The notes below the pieces were generated by a model. The model was not told the DNA's origin. It saw only the letters and a list, made by a program, of their open reading frames with translations, and did no database searches. 64,000 nucleotides of DNA, taken from NCBI RefSeq assembly GCF_006345805.1, contig NC_042999.1, forward strand, positions 162,874,001-162,938,000, given 5' to 3'. This document shows positions 1 through 15,000 of the stretch, in pieces (the first letter of the stretch is position 1; each line of letters starts with the position of its first letter). A program made the translations under genes and the position numbers. This DNA is from Octopus sinensis (Eukaryota).

Positions 1-3000
1 CTGATGTGCTGCAACAAGCCTTTGCTGATCTTGAGAAAGTCTCATCTCCTTTCTCTCTTGGGACTCCATCTGATGTGCTGCAACAAGCCTTTGCTGATCT
101 TGAGAAAGTCTCATCTCCTTTCTCTCTTGGGACTCCATCTGATGTGCTGCAACAAGCCTTTGCTGATCTTGAGAAAGTCTCATCTCCTTTCTCTCTTGGG
201 ACTCCATCTGATGTGCTGCAACAAGCCTTTGCTGATCTTGAGAAAGTCTCATCTCCTTTCTCTCTTGGGACTCCATCTGATGTGCTGCAACAAGCCTTTG
301 CTGATCTTGAGAAAGTCTCATCTCCTTTCTCTCTTGGGACTCCATCTGATGTGCTGCAACAAGCCTTTGCTGATCTTGAGAAAGTCTCATCTCCCTTCTC
401 TCTTGGGACTCCATCTGATGTGCTGCAACAAGCCTTTGCTGATCTTGAGAAAGTCTCATCTCCTTCTCTCTTGGGACTCCATCTGATGTGCTGCAACAAG
501 CCTTTGCTGATCTTGAGAAAGTCTCATCTCCTTTCTCTCTTGGGACTCCATCTGATGTGCTGCAACAAGCCTTTGCTGATCTTGAGAAAGTCTCATCTCC
601 TTCTCTCTTGGGACTCCATCTGATGTGCTGCAACAAGCCTTTGCTGATCTTGAGAAAGTCTCATCTCCTTTCTCTCTTGGGACTCCATCTGATGTGCTGC
701 AACAAGCCTTTGCTGATCTTGAGAAAGTCTCATCTCCTTTCTCTCTTGGGACTCCATCTGATGTGCTGCAACAAGCCTTTGCTGATCTTGAGAAAGTCTC
801 ATCTCCCTTCTCTCTTGGGACTCCATCTGATGTGCTGCAACAAGCCTTTGCTGATCTTGAGAAAGTCTCATCTCCTTCTCTCTTGGGACTCCATCTGATG
901 TGCTGCAACAAGCCTTTGCTGATCTTGAGAAAGTCTCATCTCCTTTCTCTCTTGGGACTCCATCTGATGTGCTGCAACAAGCCTTTGCTGATCTTGAGAA
1001 AGTCTCATCTCCTTCTCTCTTGGGACTCCATCTGATGTGCTGCAACAAGCCTTTGCTGATCTTGAGAAAGTCTCATCTCCCTTCTCTCTTGGGACTCCAT
1101 CTGATGTGCTGCAACAAGCCTTTGCTGATCTTGAGAAAGTCTCATCTCCTTCTCTCTTGGGACTCCATCTGATGTGCTGCAACAAGCCTTTGCTGATCTT
1201 GAGAAAGTCTCATCTCCTTCTCTCTTGGGACTCCATCTGATGTGCTGCAACAAGCCTTTGCTGATCTTGAGAAAGTCTCATCTCCTTTCTCTCTTGGGAC
1301 TCCATCTGATGTGCTGCAACAAGCCTTTGCTGATCTTGAGAAAGTCTCATCTCCTTTCTCTCTTGGGACTCCATCTGATGTGCTGCAACAAGCCTTTGCT
1401 GATCTTGAGAAAGTCTCATCTCCTTCTCTCTTGGGACTCCATCTGATGTGCTGCAACAAGCCTTTGCTGATCTTGAGAAAGTCTCATCTCCCTTCTCTCT
1501 TGGGACTCCATCTGATGTGCTGCAACAAGCCTTTGCTGATCTTGAGAAAGTCTCATCTCCCTTCTCTCTTGGGACTCCATCTGATGTGCTGCAACAAGCC
1601 TTTGCTGATCTTGAGAAAGTCTCATCTCCTTTCTCTCTTGGGACTCCATCTGATGTGCTGCAACAAGCCTTTGCTGATCTTGAGAAAGTCTCATCTCCCT
1701 TCTCTCTTGGGACTCCATCTGATGTGCTGCAACAAGCCTTTGCTGATCTTGAGAAAGTCTCATCTCCTTTCTCTCTTGGGACTCCATCTGATGTGCTGCA
1801 ACAAGCCTTTGCTGATCTTGAGAAAGTCTCATCTCCTTTCTCTCTTGGGACTCCATCTGATGTGCTGCAACAAGCCTTTGCTGATCTTGAGAAAGTCTCA
1901 TCTCCTTTCTCTCTTGGGACTCCATCTGATGTGCTGCAACAAGCCTTTGCTGATCTTGAGAAAGTCTCATCTCCTTTCTCTCTTGGGACTCCATCTGATG
2001 TGCTGCAACAAGCCTTTGCTGATCTTGAGAAAGTCTCATCTCCTTCTCTCTTGGGACTCCATCTGATGTGCTGCAACAAGCCTTTGCTGATCTTGAGAAA
2101 GTCTCATCTCCTTTCTCTCTTGGGACTCCATCTGATGTGCTGCAACAAGCCTTTGCTGATCTTGAGAAAGTCTCATCTCCTTTCTCTCTTGGGACTCCAT
2201 CTGATGTGCTGCAACAAGCCTTTGCTGATCTTGAGAAAGTCTCATCTCCTTTCTCTCTTGGGACTCCATCTGATGTGCTGCAACAAGCCTTTGCTGATCT
2301 TGAGAAAGTCTCATCTCCTTTCTCTCTTGGGACTCCATCTGATGTGCTGCAACAAGCCTTTGCTGATCTTGAGAAAGTCTCATCTCCTTTCTCTCTTGGG
2401 ACTCCATCTGATGTGCTGCAACAAGCCTTTGCTGATCTTGAGAAAGTCTCATCTCCTTTCTCTCTTGGGACTCCATCTGATGTGCTGCAACAAGCCTTTG
2501 CTGATCTTGAGAAAGTCTCATCTCCCTTCTCTCTTGGGACTCCATCTGATGTGCTGCAACAAGCCTTTGCTGATCTTGAGAAAGTCTCATCTCCTTTCTC
2601 TCTTGGGACTCCATCTGATGTGCTGCAACAAGCCTTTGCTGATCTTGAGAAAGTCTCATCTCCTTTCTCTCTTGGGACTCCATCTGATGTGCTGCAACAA
2701 GCCTTTGCTGATCTTGAGAAAGTCTCATCTCCTTTCTCTCTTGGGACTCCATCTGATGTGCTGCAACAAGCCTTTGCTGATCTTGAGAAAGTCTCATCTC
2801 CTTCTCTCTTGGGACTCCATCTGATGTGCTGCAACAAGCCTTTGCTGATCTTGAGAAAGTCTCATCTCCTTTCTCTCTTGGGACTCCATCTGATGTGCTG
2901 CAACAAGCCTTTGCTGATCTTGAGAAAGTCTCATCTCCTTTCTCTCTTGGGACTCCATCTGATGTGCTGCAACAAGCCTTTGCTGATCTTGAGAAAGTCT

Positions 3001-6000
3001 CATCTCCTTTCTCTCTTGGGACTCCATCTGATGTGCTGCAACAAGCCTTTGCTGATCTTGAGAAAGTCTCATCTCCTTCTCTCTTGGGACTCCATCTGAT
3101 GTGCTGCAACAAGCCTTTGCTGATCTTGAGAAAGTCTCATCTCCTTCTCTCTTGGGACTCCATCTGATGTGCTGCAACAAGCCTTTGCTGATCTTGAGAA
3201 AGTCTCATCTCCTTTCTCTCTTGGGACTCCATCTGATGTGCTGCAACAAGCCTTTGCTGATCTTGAGAAAGTCTCATCTCCTTTCTCTCTTGGGACTCCA
3301 TCTGATGTGCTGCAACAAGCCTTTGCTGATCTTGAGAAAGTCTCATCTCCTTTCTCTCTTGGGACTCCATCTGATGTGCTGCAACAAGCCTTTGCTGATC
3401 TTGAGAAAGTCTCATCTCCTTTCTCTCTTGGGACTCCATCTGATGTGCTGCAACAAGCCTTTGCTGATCTTGAGAAAGTCTCATCTCCTTTCTCTCTTGG
3501 GACTCCATCTGATGTGCTGCAACAAGCCTTTGCTGATCTTGAGAAAGTCTCATCTCCTTCTCTCTTGGGACTCCATCTGATGTGCTGCAACAAGCCTTTG
3601 CTGATCTTGAGAAAGTCTCATCTCCTTTCTCTCTTGGGACTCCATCTGATGTGCTGCAACAAGCCTTTGCTGATCTTGAGAAAGTCTCATCTCCTTTCTC
3701 TCTTGGGACTCCATCTGATGTGCTGCAACAAGCCTTTGCTGATCTTGAGAAAGTCTCATCTCCTTTCTCTCTTGGGACTCCATCTGATGTGCTGCAACAA
3801 GCCTTTGCTGATCTTGAGAAAGTCTCATCTCCTTTCTCTCTTGGGACTCCATCTGATGTGCTGCAACAAGCCTTTGCTGATCTTGAGAAAGTCTCATCTC
3901 CTTTCTCTCTTGGGACTCCATCTGATGTGCTGCAACAAGCCTTTGCTGATCTTGAGAAAGTCTCATCTCCTTTCTCTCTTGGGACTCCATCTGATGTGCT
4001 GCAACAAGCCTTTGCTGATCTTGAGAAAGTCTCATCTCCTTTCTCTCTTGGGACTCCATCTGATGTGCTGCAACAAGCCTTTGCTGATCTTGAGAAAGTC
4101 TCATCTCCTTTCTCTCTTGGGACTCCATCTGATGTGCTGCAACAAGCCTTTGCTGATCTTGAGAAAGTCTCATCTCCTTCTCTCTTGGGACTCCATCTGA
4201 TGTGCTGCAACAAGCCTTTGCTGATCTTGAGAAAGTCTCATCTCCTTCTCTCTTGGGACTCCATCTGATGTGCTGCAACAAGCCTTTGCTGATCTTGAGA
4301 AAGTCTCATCTCCTTCTCTCTTGGGACTCCATCTGATGTGCTGCAACAAGCCTTTGCTGATCTTGAGAAAGTCTCATCTCCTTCTCTCTTGGGACTCCAT
4401 CTGATGTGCTGCAACAAGCCTTTGCTGATCTTGAGAAAGTCTCATCTCCTTCTCTCTTGGGACTCCATCTGATGTGCTGCAACAAGCCTTTGCTGATCTT
4501 GAGAAAGTCTCATCTCCTTCTCTCTTGGGACTCCATCTGATGTGCTGCAACAAGCCTTTGCTGATCTTGAGAAAGTCTCATCTCCTTTCTCTCTTGGGAC
4601 TCCATCTGATGTGCTGCAACAAGCCTTTGCTGATCTTGAGAAAGTCTCATCTCCTTTCTCTCTTGGGACTCCATCTGATGTGCTGCAACAAGCCTTTGCT
4701 GATCTTGAGAAAGTCTCATCTCCTTCTCTCTTGGGACTCCATCTGATGTGCTGCAACAAGCCTTTGCTGATCTTGAGAAAGTCTCATCTCCCTTCTCTCT
4801 TGGGACTCCATCTGATGTGCTGCAACAAGCCTTTGCTGATCTTGAGAAAGTCTCATCTCCTTTCTCTCTTGGGACTCCATCTGATGTGCTGCAACAAGCC
4901 TTTGCTGATCTTGAGAAAGTCTCATCTCCTTCTCTCTTGGGACTCCATCTGATGTGCTGCAACAAGCCTTTGCTGATCTTGAGAAAGTCTCATCTCCTTT
5001 CTCTCTTGGGACTCCATCTGATGTGCTGCAACAAGCCTTTGCTGATCTTGAGAAAGTCTCATCTCCTTTCTCTCTTGGGACTCCATCTGATGTGCTGCAA
5101 CAAGCCTTTGCTGATCTTGAGAAAGTCTCATCTCCTTTCTCTCTTGGGACTCCATCTGATGTGCTGCAACAAGCCTTTGCTGATCTTGAGAAAGTCTCAT
5201 CTCCTTTCTCTCTTGGGACTCCATCTGATGTGCTGCAACAAGCCTTTGCTGATCTTGAGAAAGTCTCATCTCCTTTCTCTCTTGGGACTCCATCTGATGT
5301 GCTGCAACAAGCCTTTGCTGATCTTGAGAAAGTCTCATCTCCTTCTCTCTTGGGACTCCATCTGATGTGCTGCAACAAGCCTTTGCTGATCTTGAGAAAG
5401 TCTCATCTCCTTTCTCTCTTGGGACTCCATCTGATGTGCTGCAACAAGCCTTTGCTGATCTTGAGAAAGTCTCATCTCCTTTCTCTCTTGGGACTCCATC
5501 TGATGTGCTGCAACAAGCCTTTGCTGATCTTGAGAAAGTCTCATCTCCTTTCTCTCTTGGGACTCCATCTGATGTGCTGCAACAAGCCTTTGCTGATCTT
5601 GAGAAAGTCTCATCTCCTTTCTCTCTTGGGACTCCATCTGATGTGCTGCAACAAGCCTTTGCTGATCTTGAGAAAGTCTCATCTCCTTTCTCTCTTGGGA
5701 CTCCATCTGATGTGCTGCAACAAGCCTTTGCTGATCTTGAGAAAGTCTCATCTCCTTTCTCTCTTGGGACTCCATCTGATGTGCTGCAACAAGCCTTTGC
5801 TGATCTTGAGAAAGTCTCATCTCCTTTCTCTCTTGGGACTCCATCTGATGTGCTGCAACAAGCCTTTGCTGATCTTGAGAAAGTCTCATCTCCTTTCTCT
5901 CTTGGGACTCCATCTGATGTGCTGCAACAAGCCTTTGCTGATCTTGAGAAAGTCTCATCTCCTTCTCTCTTGGGACTCCATCTGATGTGCTGCAACAAGC

Positions 6001-9000
6001 CTTTGCTGATCTTGAGAAAGTCTCATCTCCTTCTCTCTTGGGACTCCATCTGATGTGCTGCAACAAGCCTTTGCTGATCTTGAGAAAGTCTCATCTCCTT
6101 TCTCTCTTGGGACTCCATCTGATGTGCTGCAACAAGCCTTTGCTGATCTTGAGAAAGTCTCATCTCCTTTCTCTCTTGGGACTCCATCTGATGTGCTGCA
6201 ACAAGCCTTTGCTGATCTTGAGAAAGTCTCATCTCCTTCTCTCTTGGGACTCCATCTGATGTGCTGCAACAAGCCTTTGCTGATCTTGAGAAAGTCTCAT
6301 CTCCTTTCTCTCTTGGGACTCCATCTGATGTGCTGCAACAAGCCTTTGCTGATCTTGAGAAAGTCTCATCTCCTTCTCTCTTGGGACTCCATCTGATGTG
6401 CTGCAACAAGCCTTTGCTGATCTTGAGAAAGTCTCATCTCCTTCTCTCTTGGGACTCCATCTGATGTGCTGCAACAAGCCTTTGCTGATCTTGAGAAAGT
6501 CTCATCTCCTTCTCTCTTGGGACTCCATCTGATGTGCTGCAACAAGCCTTTGCTGATCTTGAGAAAGTCTCATCTCCTTCTCTCTTGGGACTCCATCTGA
6601 TGTGCTGCAACAAGCCTTTGCTGATCTTGAGAAAGTCTCATCTCCTTTCTCTCTTGGGACTCCATCTGATGTGCTGCAACAAGCCTTTGCTGATCTTGAG
6701 AAAGTCTCATCTCCCTTCTCTCTTGGGACTCCATCTGATGTGCTGCAACAAGCCTTTGCTGATCTTGAGAAAGTCTCATCTCCTTTCTCTCTTGGGACTC
6801 CATCTGATGTGCTGCAACAAGCCTTTGCTGATCTTGAGAAAGTCTCATCTCCTTTCTCTCTTGGGACTCCATCTGATGTGCTGCAACAAGCCTTTGCTGA
6901 TCTTGAGAAAGTCTCATCTCCTTCTCTCTTGGGACTCCATCTGATGTGCTGCAACAAGCCTTTGCTGATCTTGAGAAAGTCTCATCTCCTTTCTCTCTTG
7001 GGACTCCATCTGATGTGCTGCAACAAGCCTTTGCTGATCTTGAGAAAGTCTCATCTCCTTTCTCTCTTGGGACTCCATCTGATGTGCTGCAACAAGCCTT
7101 TGCTGATCTTGAGAAAGTCTCATCTCCTTTCTCTCTTGGGACTCCATCTGATGTGCTGCAACAAGCCTTTGCTGATCTTGAGAAAGTCTCATCTCCCTTC
7201 TCTCTTGGGACTCCATCTGATGTGCTGCAACAAGCCTTTGCTGATCTTGAGAAAGTCTCATCTCCCTTCTCTCTTGGGACTCCATCTGATGTGCTGCAAC
7301 AAGCCTTTGCTGATCTTGAGAAAGTCTCATCTCCCTTCTCTCTTGGGACTCCATCTGATGTGCTGCAACAAGCCTTTGCTGATCTTGAGAAAGTCTCATC
7401 TCCTTCTCTCTTGGGACTCCATCTGATGTGCTGCAACAAGCCTTTGCTGATCTTGAGAAAGTCTCATCTCCTTTCTCTCTTGGGACTCCATCTGATGTGC
7501 TGCAACAAGCCTTTGCTGATCTTGAGAAAGTCTCATCTCCTTCTCTCTTGGGACTCCATCTGATGTGCTGCAACAAGCCTTTGCTGATCTTGAGAAAGTC
7601 TCATCTCCTTTCTCTCTTGGGACTCCATCTGATGTGCTGCAACAAGCCTTTGCTGATCTTGAGAAAGTCTCATCTCCTTTCTCTCTTGGGACTCCATCTG
7701 ATGTGCTGCAACAAGCCTTTGCTGATCTTGAGAAAGTCTCATCTCCTTTCTCTCTTGGGACTCCATCTGATGTGCTGCAACAAGCCTTTGCTGATCTTGA
7801 GAAAGTCTCATCTCCTTTCTCTCTTGGGACTCCATCTGATGTGCTGCAACAAGCCTTTGCTGATCTTGAGAAAGTCTCATCTCCTTCTCTCTTGGGACTC
7901 CATCTGATGTGCTGCAACAAGCCTTTGCTGATCTTGAGAAAGTCTCATCTCCTTCTCTCTTGGGACTCCATCTGATGTGCTGCAACAAGCCTTTGCTGAT
8001 CTTGAGAAAGTCTCATCTCCTTTCTCTCTTGGGACTCCATCTGATGTGCTGCAACAAGCCTTTGCTGATCTTGAGAAAGTCTCATCTCCTTCTCTCTTGG
8101 GACTCCATCTGATGTGCTGCAACAAGCCTTTGCTGATCTTGAGAAAGTCTCATCTCCCTTCTCTCTTGGGACTCCATCTGATGTGCTGCAACAAGCCTTT
8201 GCTGATCTTGAGAAAGTCTCATCTCCTTTCTCTCTTGGGACTCCATCTGATGTGCTGCAACAAGCCTTTGCTGATCTTGAGAAAGTCTCATCTCCTTCTC
8301 TCTTGGGACTCCATCTGATGTGCTGCAACAAGCCTTTGCTGATCTTGAGAAAGTCTCATCTCCTTTCTCTCTTGGGACTCCATCTGATGTGCTGCAACAA
8401 GCCTTTGCTGATCTTGAGAAAGTCTCATCTCCCTTCTCTCTTGGGACTCCATCTGATGTGCTGCAACAAGCCTTTGCTGATCTTGAGAAAGTCTCATCTC
8501 CTTTCTCTCTTGGGACTCCATCTGATGTGCTGCAACAAGCCTTTGCTGATCTTGAGAAAGTCTCATCTCCTTCTCTCTTGGGACTCCATCTGATGTGCTG
8601 CAACAAGCCTTTGCTGATCTTGAGAAAGTCTCATCTCCTTTCTCTCTTGGGACTCCATCTGATGTGCTGCAACAAGCCTTTGCTGATCTTGAGAAAGTCT
8701 CATCTCCTTTCTCTCTTGGGACTCCATCTGATGTGCTGCAACAAGCCTTTGCTGATCTTGAGAAAGTCTCATCTCCTTTCTCTCTTGGGACTCCATCTGA
8801 TGTGCTGCAACAAGCCTTTGCTGATCTTGAGAAAGTCTCATCTCCTTTCTCTCTTGGGACTCCATCTGATGTGCTGCAACAAGCCTTTGCTGATCTTGAG
8901 AAAGTCTCATCTCCTTTCTCTCTTGGGACTCCATCTGATGTGCTGCAACAAGCCTTTGCTGATCTTGAGAAAGTCTCATCTCCTTTCTCTCTTGGGACTC

Positions 9001-12000
9001 CATCTGATGTGCTGCAACAAGCCTTTGCTGATCTTGAGAAAGTCTCATCTCCTTTCTCTCTTGGGACTCCATCTGATGTGCTGCAACAAGCCTTTGCTGA
9101 TCTTGAGAAAGTCTCATCTCCTTTCTCTCTTGGGACTCCATCTGATGTGCTGCAACAAGCCTTTGCTGATCTTGAGAAAGTCTCATCTCCTTTCTCTCTT
9201 GGGACTCCATCTGATGTGCTGCAACAAGCCTTTGCTGATCTTGAGAAAGTCTCATCTCCTTTCTCTCTTGGGACTCCATCTGATGTGCTGCAACAAGCCT
9301 TTGCTGATCTTGAGAAAGTCTCATCTCCTTTCTCTCTTGGGACTCCATCTGATGTGCTGCAACAAGCCTTTGCTGATCTTGAGAAAGTCTCATCTCCTTT
9401 CTCTCTTGGGACTCCATCTGATGTGCTGCAACAAGCCTTTGCTGATCTTGAGAAAGTCTCATCTCCTTTCTCTCTTGGGACTCCATCTGATGTGCTGCAA
9501 CAAGCCTTTGCTGATCTTGAGAAAGTCTCATCTCCTTTCTCTCTTGGGACTCCATCTGATGTGCTGCAACAAGCCTTTGCTGATCTTGAGAAAGTCTCAT
9601 CTCCTTTCTCTCTTGGGACTCCATCTGATGTGCTGCAACAAGCCTTTGCTGATCTTGAGAAAGTCTCATCTCCTTTCTCTCTTGGGACTCCATCTGATGT
9701 GCTGCAACAAGCCTTTGCTGATCTTGAGAAAGTCTCATCTCCTTCTCTCTTGGGACTCCATCTGATGTGCTGCAACAAGCCTTTGCTGATCTTGAGAAAG
9801 TCTCATCTCCTTTCTCTCTTGGGACTCCATCTGATGTGCTGCAACAAGCCTTTGCTGATCTTGAGAAAGTCTCATCTCCTTTCTCTCTTGGGACTCCATC
9901 TGATGTGCTGCAACAAGCCTTTGCTGATCTTGAGAAAGTCTCATCTCCTTCTCTCTTGGGACTCCATCTGATGTGCTGCAACAAGCCTTTGCTGATCTTG
10001 AGAAAGTCTCATCTCCTTCTCTCTTGGGACTCCATCTGATGTGCTGCAACAAGCCTTTGCTGATCTTGAGAAAGTCTCATCTCCTTTCTCTCTTGGGACT
10101 CCATCTGATGTGCTGCAACAAGCCTTTGCTGATCTTGAGAAAGTCTCATCTCCTTCTCTCTTGGGACTCCATCTGATGTGCTGCAACAAGCCTTTGCTGA
10201 TCTTGAGAAAGTCTCATCTCCTTTCTCTCTTGGGACTCCATCTGATGTGCTGCAACAAGCCTTTGCTGATCTTGAGAAAGTCTCATCTCCTTCTCTCTTG
10301 GGACTCCATCTGATGTGCTGCAACAAGCCTTTGCTGATCTTGAGAAAGTCTCATCTCCTTTCTCTCTTGGGACTCCATCTGATGTGCTGCAACAAGCCTT
10401 TGCTGATCTTGAGAAAGTCTCATCTCCCTTCTCTCTTGGGACTCCATCTGATGTGCTGCAACAAGCCTTTGCTGATCTTGAGAAAGTCTCATCTCCTTCT
10501 CTCTTGGGACTCCATCTGATGTGCTGCAACAAGCCTTTGCTGATCTTGAGAAAGTCTCATCTCCTTTCTCTCTTGGGACTCCATCTGATGTGCTGCAACA
10601 AGCCTTTGCTGATCTTGAGAAAGTCTCATCTCCCTTCTCTCTTGGGACTCCATCTGATGTGCTGCAACAAGCCTTTGCTGATCTTGAGAAAGTCTCATCT
10701 CCTTTCTCTCTTGGGACTCCATCTGATGTGCTGCAACAAGCCTTTGCTGATCTTGAGAAAGTCTCATCTCCTTTCTCTCTTGGGACTCCATCTGATGTGC
10801 TGCAACAAGCCTTTGCTGATCTTGAGAAAGTCTCATCTCCCTTCTCTCTTGGGACTCCATCTGATGTGCTGCAACAAGCCTTTGCTGATCTTGAGAAAGT
10901 CTCATCTCCCTTCTCTCTTGGGACTCCATCTGATGTGCTGCAACAAGCCTTTGCTGATCTTGAGAAAGTCTCATCTCCCTTCTCTCTTGGGACTCCATCT
11001 GATGTGCTGCAACAAGCCTTTGCTGATCTTGAGAAAGTCTCATCTCCTTCTCTCTTGGGACTCCATCTGATGTGCTGCAACAAGCCTTTGCTGATCTTGA
11101 GAAAGTCTCATCTCCCTTCTCTCTTGGGACTCCATCTGATGTGCTGCAACAAGCCTTTGCTGATCTTGAGAAAGTCTCATCTCCTTCTCTCTTGGGACTC
11201 CATCTGATGTGCTGCAACAAGCCTTTGCTGATCTTGAGAAAGTCTCATCTCCTTTCTCTCTTGGGACTCCATCTGATGTGCTGCAACAAGCCTTTGCTGA
11301 TCTTGAGAAAGTCTCATCTCCTTTCTCTCTTGGGACTCCATCTGATGTGCTGCAACAAGCCTTTGCTGATCTTGAGAAAGTCTCATCTCCTTTCTCTCTT
11401 GGGACTCCATCTGATGTGCTGCAACAAGCCTTTGCTGATCTTGAGAAAGTCTCATCTCCCTTCTCTCTTGGGACTCCATCTGATGTGCTGCAACAAGCCT
11501 TTGCTGATCTTGAGAAAGTCTCATCTCCTTTCTCTCTTGGGACTCCATCTGATGTGCTGCAACAAGCCTTTGCTGATCTTGAGAAAGTCTCATCTCCTTC
11601 TCTCTTGGGACTCCATCTGATGTGCTGCAACAAGCCTTTGCTGATCTTGAGAAAGTCTCATCTCCTTTCTCTCTTGGGACTCCATCTGATGTGCTGCAAC
11701 AAGCCTTTGCTGATCTTGAGAAAGTCTCATCTCCTTCTCTCTTGGGACTCCATCTGATGTGCTGCAACAAGCCTTTGCTGATCTTGAGAAAGTCTCATCT
11801 CCTTTCTCTCTTGGGACTCCATCTGATGTGCTGCAACAAGCCTTTGCTGATCTTGAGAAAGTCTCATCTCCCTTCTCTCTTGGGACTCCATCTGATGTGC
11901 TGCAACAAGCCTTTGCTGATCTTGAGAAAGTCTCATCTCCTTTCTCTCTTGGGACTCCATCTGATGTGCTGCAACAAGCCTTTGCTGATCTTGAGAAAGT

Positions 12001-15000
12001 CTCATCTCCCTTCTCTCTTGGGACTCCATCTGATGTGCTGCAACAAGCCTTTGCTGATCTTGAGAAAGTCTCATCTCCTTTCTCTCTTGGGACTCCATCT
12101 GATGTGCTGCAACAAGCCTTTGCTGATCTTGAGAAAGTCTCATCTCCTTCTCTCTTGGGACTCCATCTGATGTGCTGCAACAAGCCTTTGCTGATCTTGA
12201 GAAAGTCTCATCTCCTTCTCTCTTGGGACTCCATCTGATGTGCTGCAACAAGCCTTTGCTGATCTTGAGAAAGTCTCATCTCCCTTCTCTCTTGGGACTC
12301 CATCTGATGTGCTGCAACAAGCCTTTGCTGATCTTGAGAAAGTCTCATCTCCTTTCTCTCTTGGGACTCCATCTGATGTGCTGCAACAAGCCTTTGCTGA
12401 TCTTGAGAAAGTCTCATCTCCTTCTCTCTTGGGACTCCATCTGATGTGCTGCAACAAGCCTTTGCTGATCTTGAGAAAGTCTCATCTCCTTCTCTCTTGG
12501 GACTCCATCTGATGTGCTGCAACAAGCCTTTGCTGATCTTGAGAAAGTCTCATCTCCTTTCTCTCTTGGGACTCCATCTGATGTGCTGCAACAAGCCTTT
12601 GCTGATCTTGAGAAAGTCTCATCTCCTTTCTCTCTTGGGACTCCATCTGATGTGCTGCAACAAGCCTTTGCTGATCTTGAGAAAGTCTCATCTCCTTCTC
12701 TCTTGGGACTCCATCTGATGTGCTGCAACAAGCCTTTGCTGATCTTGAGAAAGTCTCATCTCCTTTCTCTCTTGGGACTCCATCTGATGTGCTGCAACAA
12801 GCCTTTGCTGATCTTGAGAAAGTCTCATCTCCTTTCTCTCTTGGGACTCCATCTGATGTGCTGCAACAAGCCTTTGCTGATCTTGAGAAAGTCTCATCTC
12901 CTTTCTCTCTTGGGACTCCATCTGATGTGCTGCAACAAGCCTTTGCTGATCTTGAGAAAGTCTCATCTCCTTTCTCTCTTGGGACTCCATCTGATGTGCT
13001 GCAACAAGCCTTTGCTGATCTTGAGAAAGTCTCATCTCCTTTCTCTCTTGGGACTCCATCTGATGTGCTGCAACAAGCCTTTGCTGATCTTGAGAAAGTC
13101 TCATCTCCTTTCTCTCTTGGGACTCCATCTGATGTGCTGCAACAAGCCTTTGCTGATCTTGAGAAAGTCTCATCTCCTTCTCTCTTGGGACTCCATCTGA
13201 TGTGCTGCAACAAGCCTTTGCTGATCTTGAGAAAGTCTCATCTCCTTTCTCTCTTGGGACTCCATCTGATGTGCTGCAACAAGCCTTTGCTGATCTTGAG
13301 AAAGTCTCATCTCCCTTCTCTCTTGGGACTCCATCTGATGTGCTGCAACAAGCCTTTGCTGATCTTGAGAAAGTCTCATCTCCCTTCTCTCTTGGGACTC
13401 CATCTGATGTGCTGCAACAAGCCTTTGCTGATCTTGAGAAAGTCTCATCTCCCTTCTCTCTTGGGACTCCATCTGATGTGCTGCAACAAGCCTTTGCTGA
13501 TCTTGAGAAAGTCTCATCTCCTTTCTCTCTTGGGACTCCATCTGATGTGCTGCAACAAGCCTTTGCTGATCTTGAGAAAGTCTCATCTCCCTTCTCTCTT
13601 GGGACTCCATCTGATGTGCTGCAACAAGCCTTTGCTGATCTTGAGAAAGTCTCATCTCCTTTCTCTCTTGGGACTCCATCTGATGTGCTGCAACAAGCCT
13701 TTGCTGATCTTGAGAAAGTCTCATCTCCCTTCTCTCTTGGGACTCCATCTGATGTGCTGCAACAAGCCTTTGCTGATCTTGAGAAAGTCTCATCTCCTTT
13801 CTCTCTTGGGACTCCATCTGATGTGCTGCAACAAGCCTTTGCTGATCTTGAGAAAGTCTCATCTCCCTTCTCTCTTGGGACTCCATCTGATGTGCTGCAA
13901 CAAGCCTTTGCTGATCTTGAGAAAGTCTCATCTCCTTTCTCTCTTGGGACTCCATCTGATGTGCTGCAACAAGCCTTTGCTGATCTTGAGAAAGTCTCAT
14001 CTCCCTTCTCTCTTGGGACTCCATCTGATGTGCTGCAACAAGCCTTTGCTGATCTTGAGAAAGTCTCATCTCCTTTCTCTCTTGGGACTCCATCTGATGT
14101 GCTGCAACAAGCCTTTGCTGATCTTGAGAAAGTCTCATCTCCCTTCTCTCTTGGGACTCCATCTGATGTGCTGCAACAAGCCTTTGCTGATCTTGAGAAA
14201 GTCTCATCTCCTTTCTCTCTTGGGACTCCATCTGATGTGCTGCAACAAGCCTTTGCTGATCTTGAGAAAGTCTCATCTCCCTTCTCTCTTGGGACTCCAT
14301 CTGATGTGCTGCAACAAGCCTTTGCTGATCTTGAGAAAGTCTCATCTCCCTTCTCTCTTGGGACTCCATCTGATGTGCTGCAACAAGCCTTTGCTGATCT
14401 TGAGAAAGTCTCATCTCCCTTCTCTCTTGGGACTCCATCTGATGTGCTGCAACAAGCCTTTGCTGATCTTGAGAAAGTCTCATCTCCCTTCTCTCTTGGG
14501 ACTCCATCTGATGTGCTGCAACAAGCCTTTGCTGATCTTGAGAAAGTCTCATCTCCTTCTCTCTTGGGACTCCATCTGATGTGCTGCAACAAGCCTTTGC
14601 TGATCTTGAGAAAGTCTCATCTCCTTTCTCTCTTGGGACTCCATCTGATGTGCTGCAACAAGCCTTTGCTGATCTTGAGAAAGTCTCATCTCCTTCTCTC
14701 TTGGGACTCCATCTGATGTGCTGCAACAAGCCTTTGCTGATCTTGAGAAAGTCTCATCTCCTTTCTCTCTTGGGACTCCATCTGATGTGCTGCAACAAGC
14801 CTTTGCTGATCTTGAGAAAGTCTCATCTCCTTTCTCTCTTGGGACTCCATCTGATGTGCTGCAACAAGCCTTTGCTGATCTTGAGAAAGTCTCATCTCCT
14901 TCTCTCTTGGGACTCCATCTGATGTGCTGCAACAAGCCTTTGCTGATCTTGAGAAAGTCTCATCTCCTTTCTCTCTTGGGACTCCATCTGATGTGCTGCA

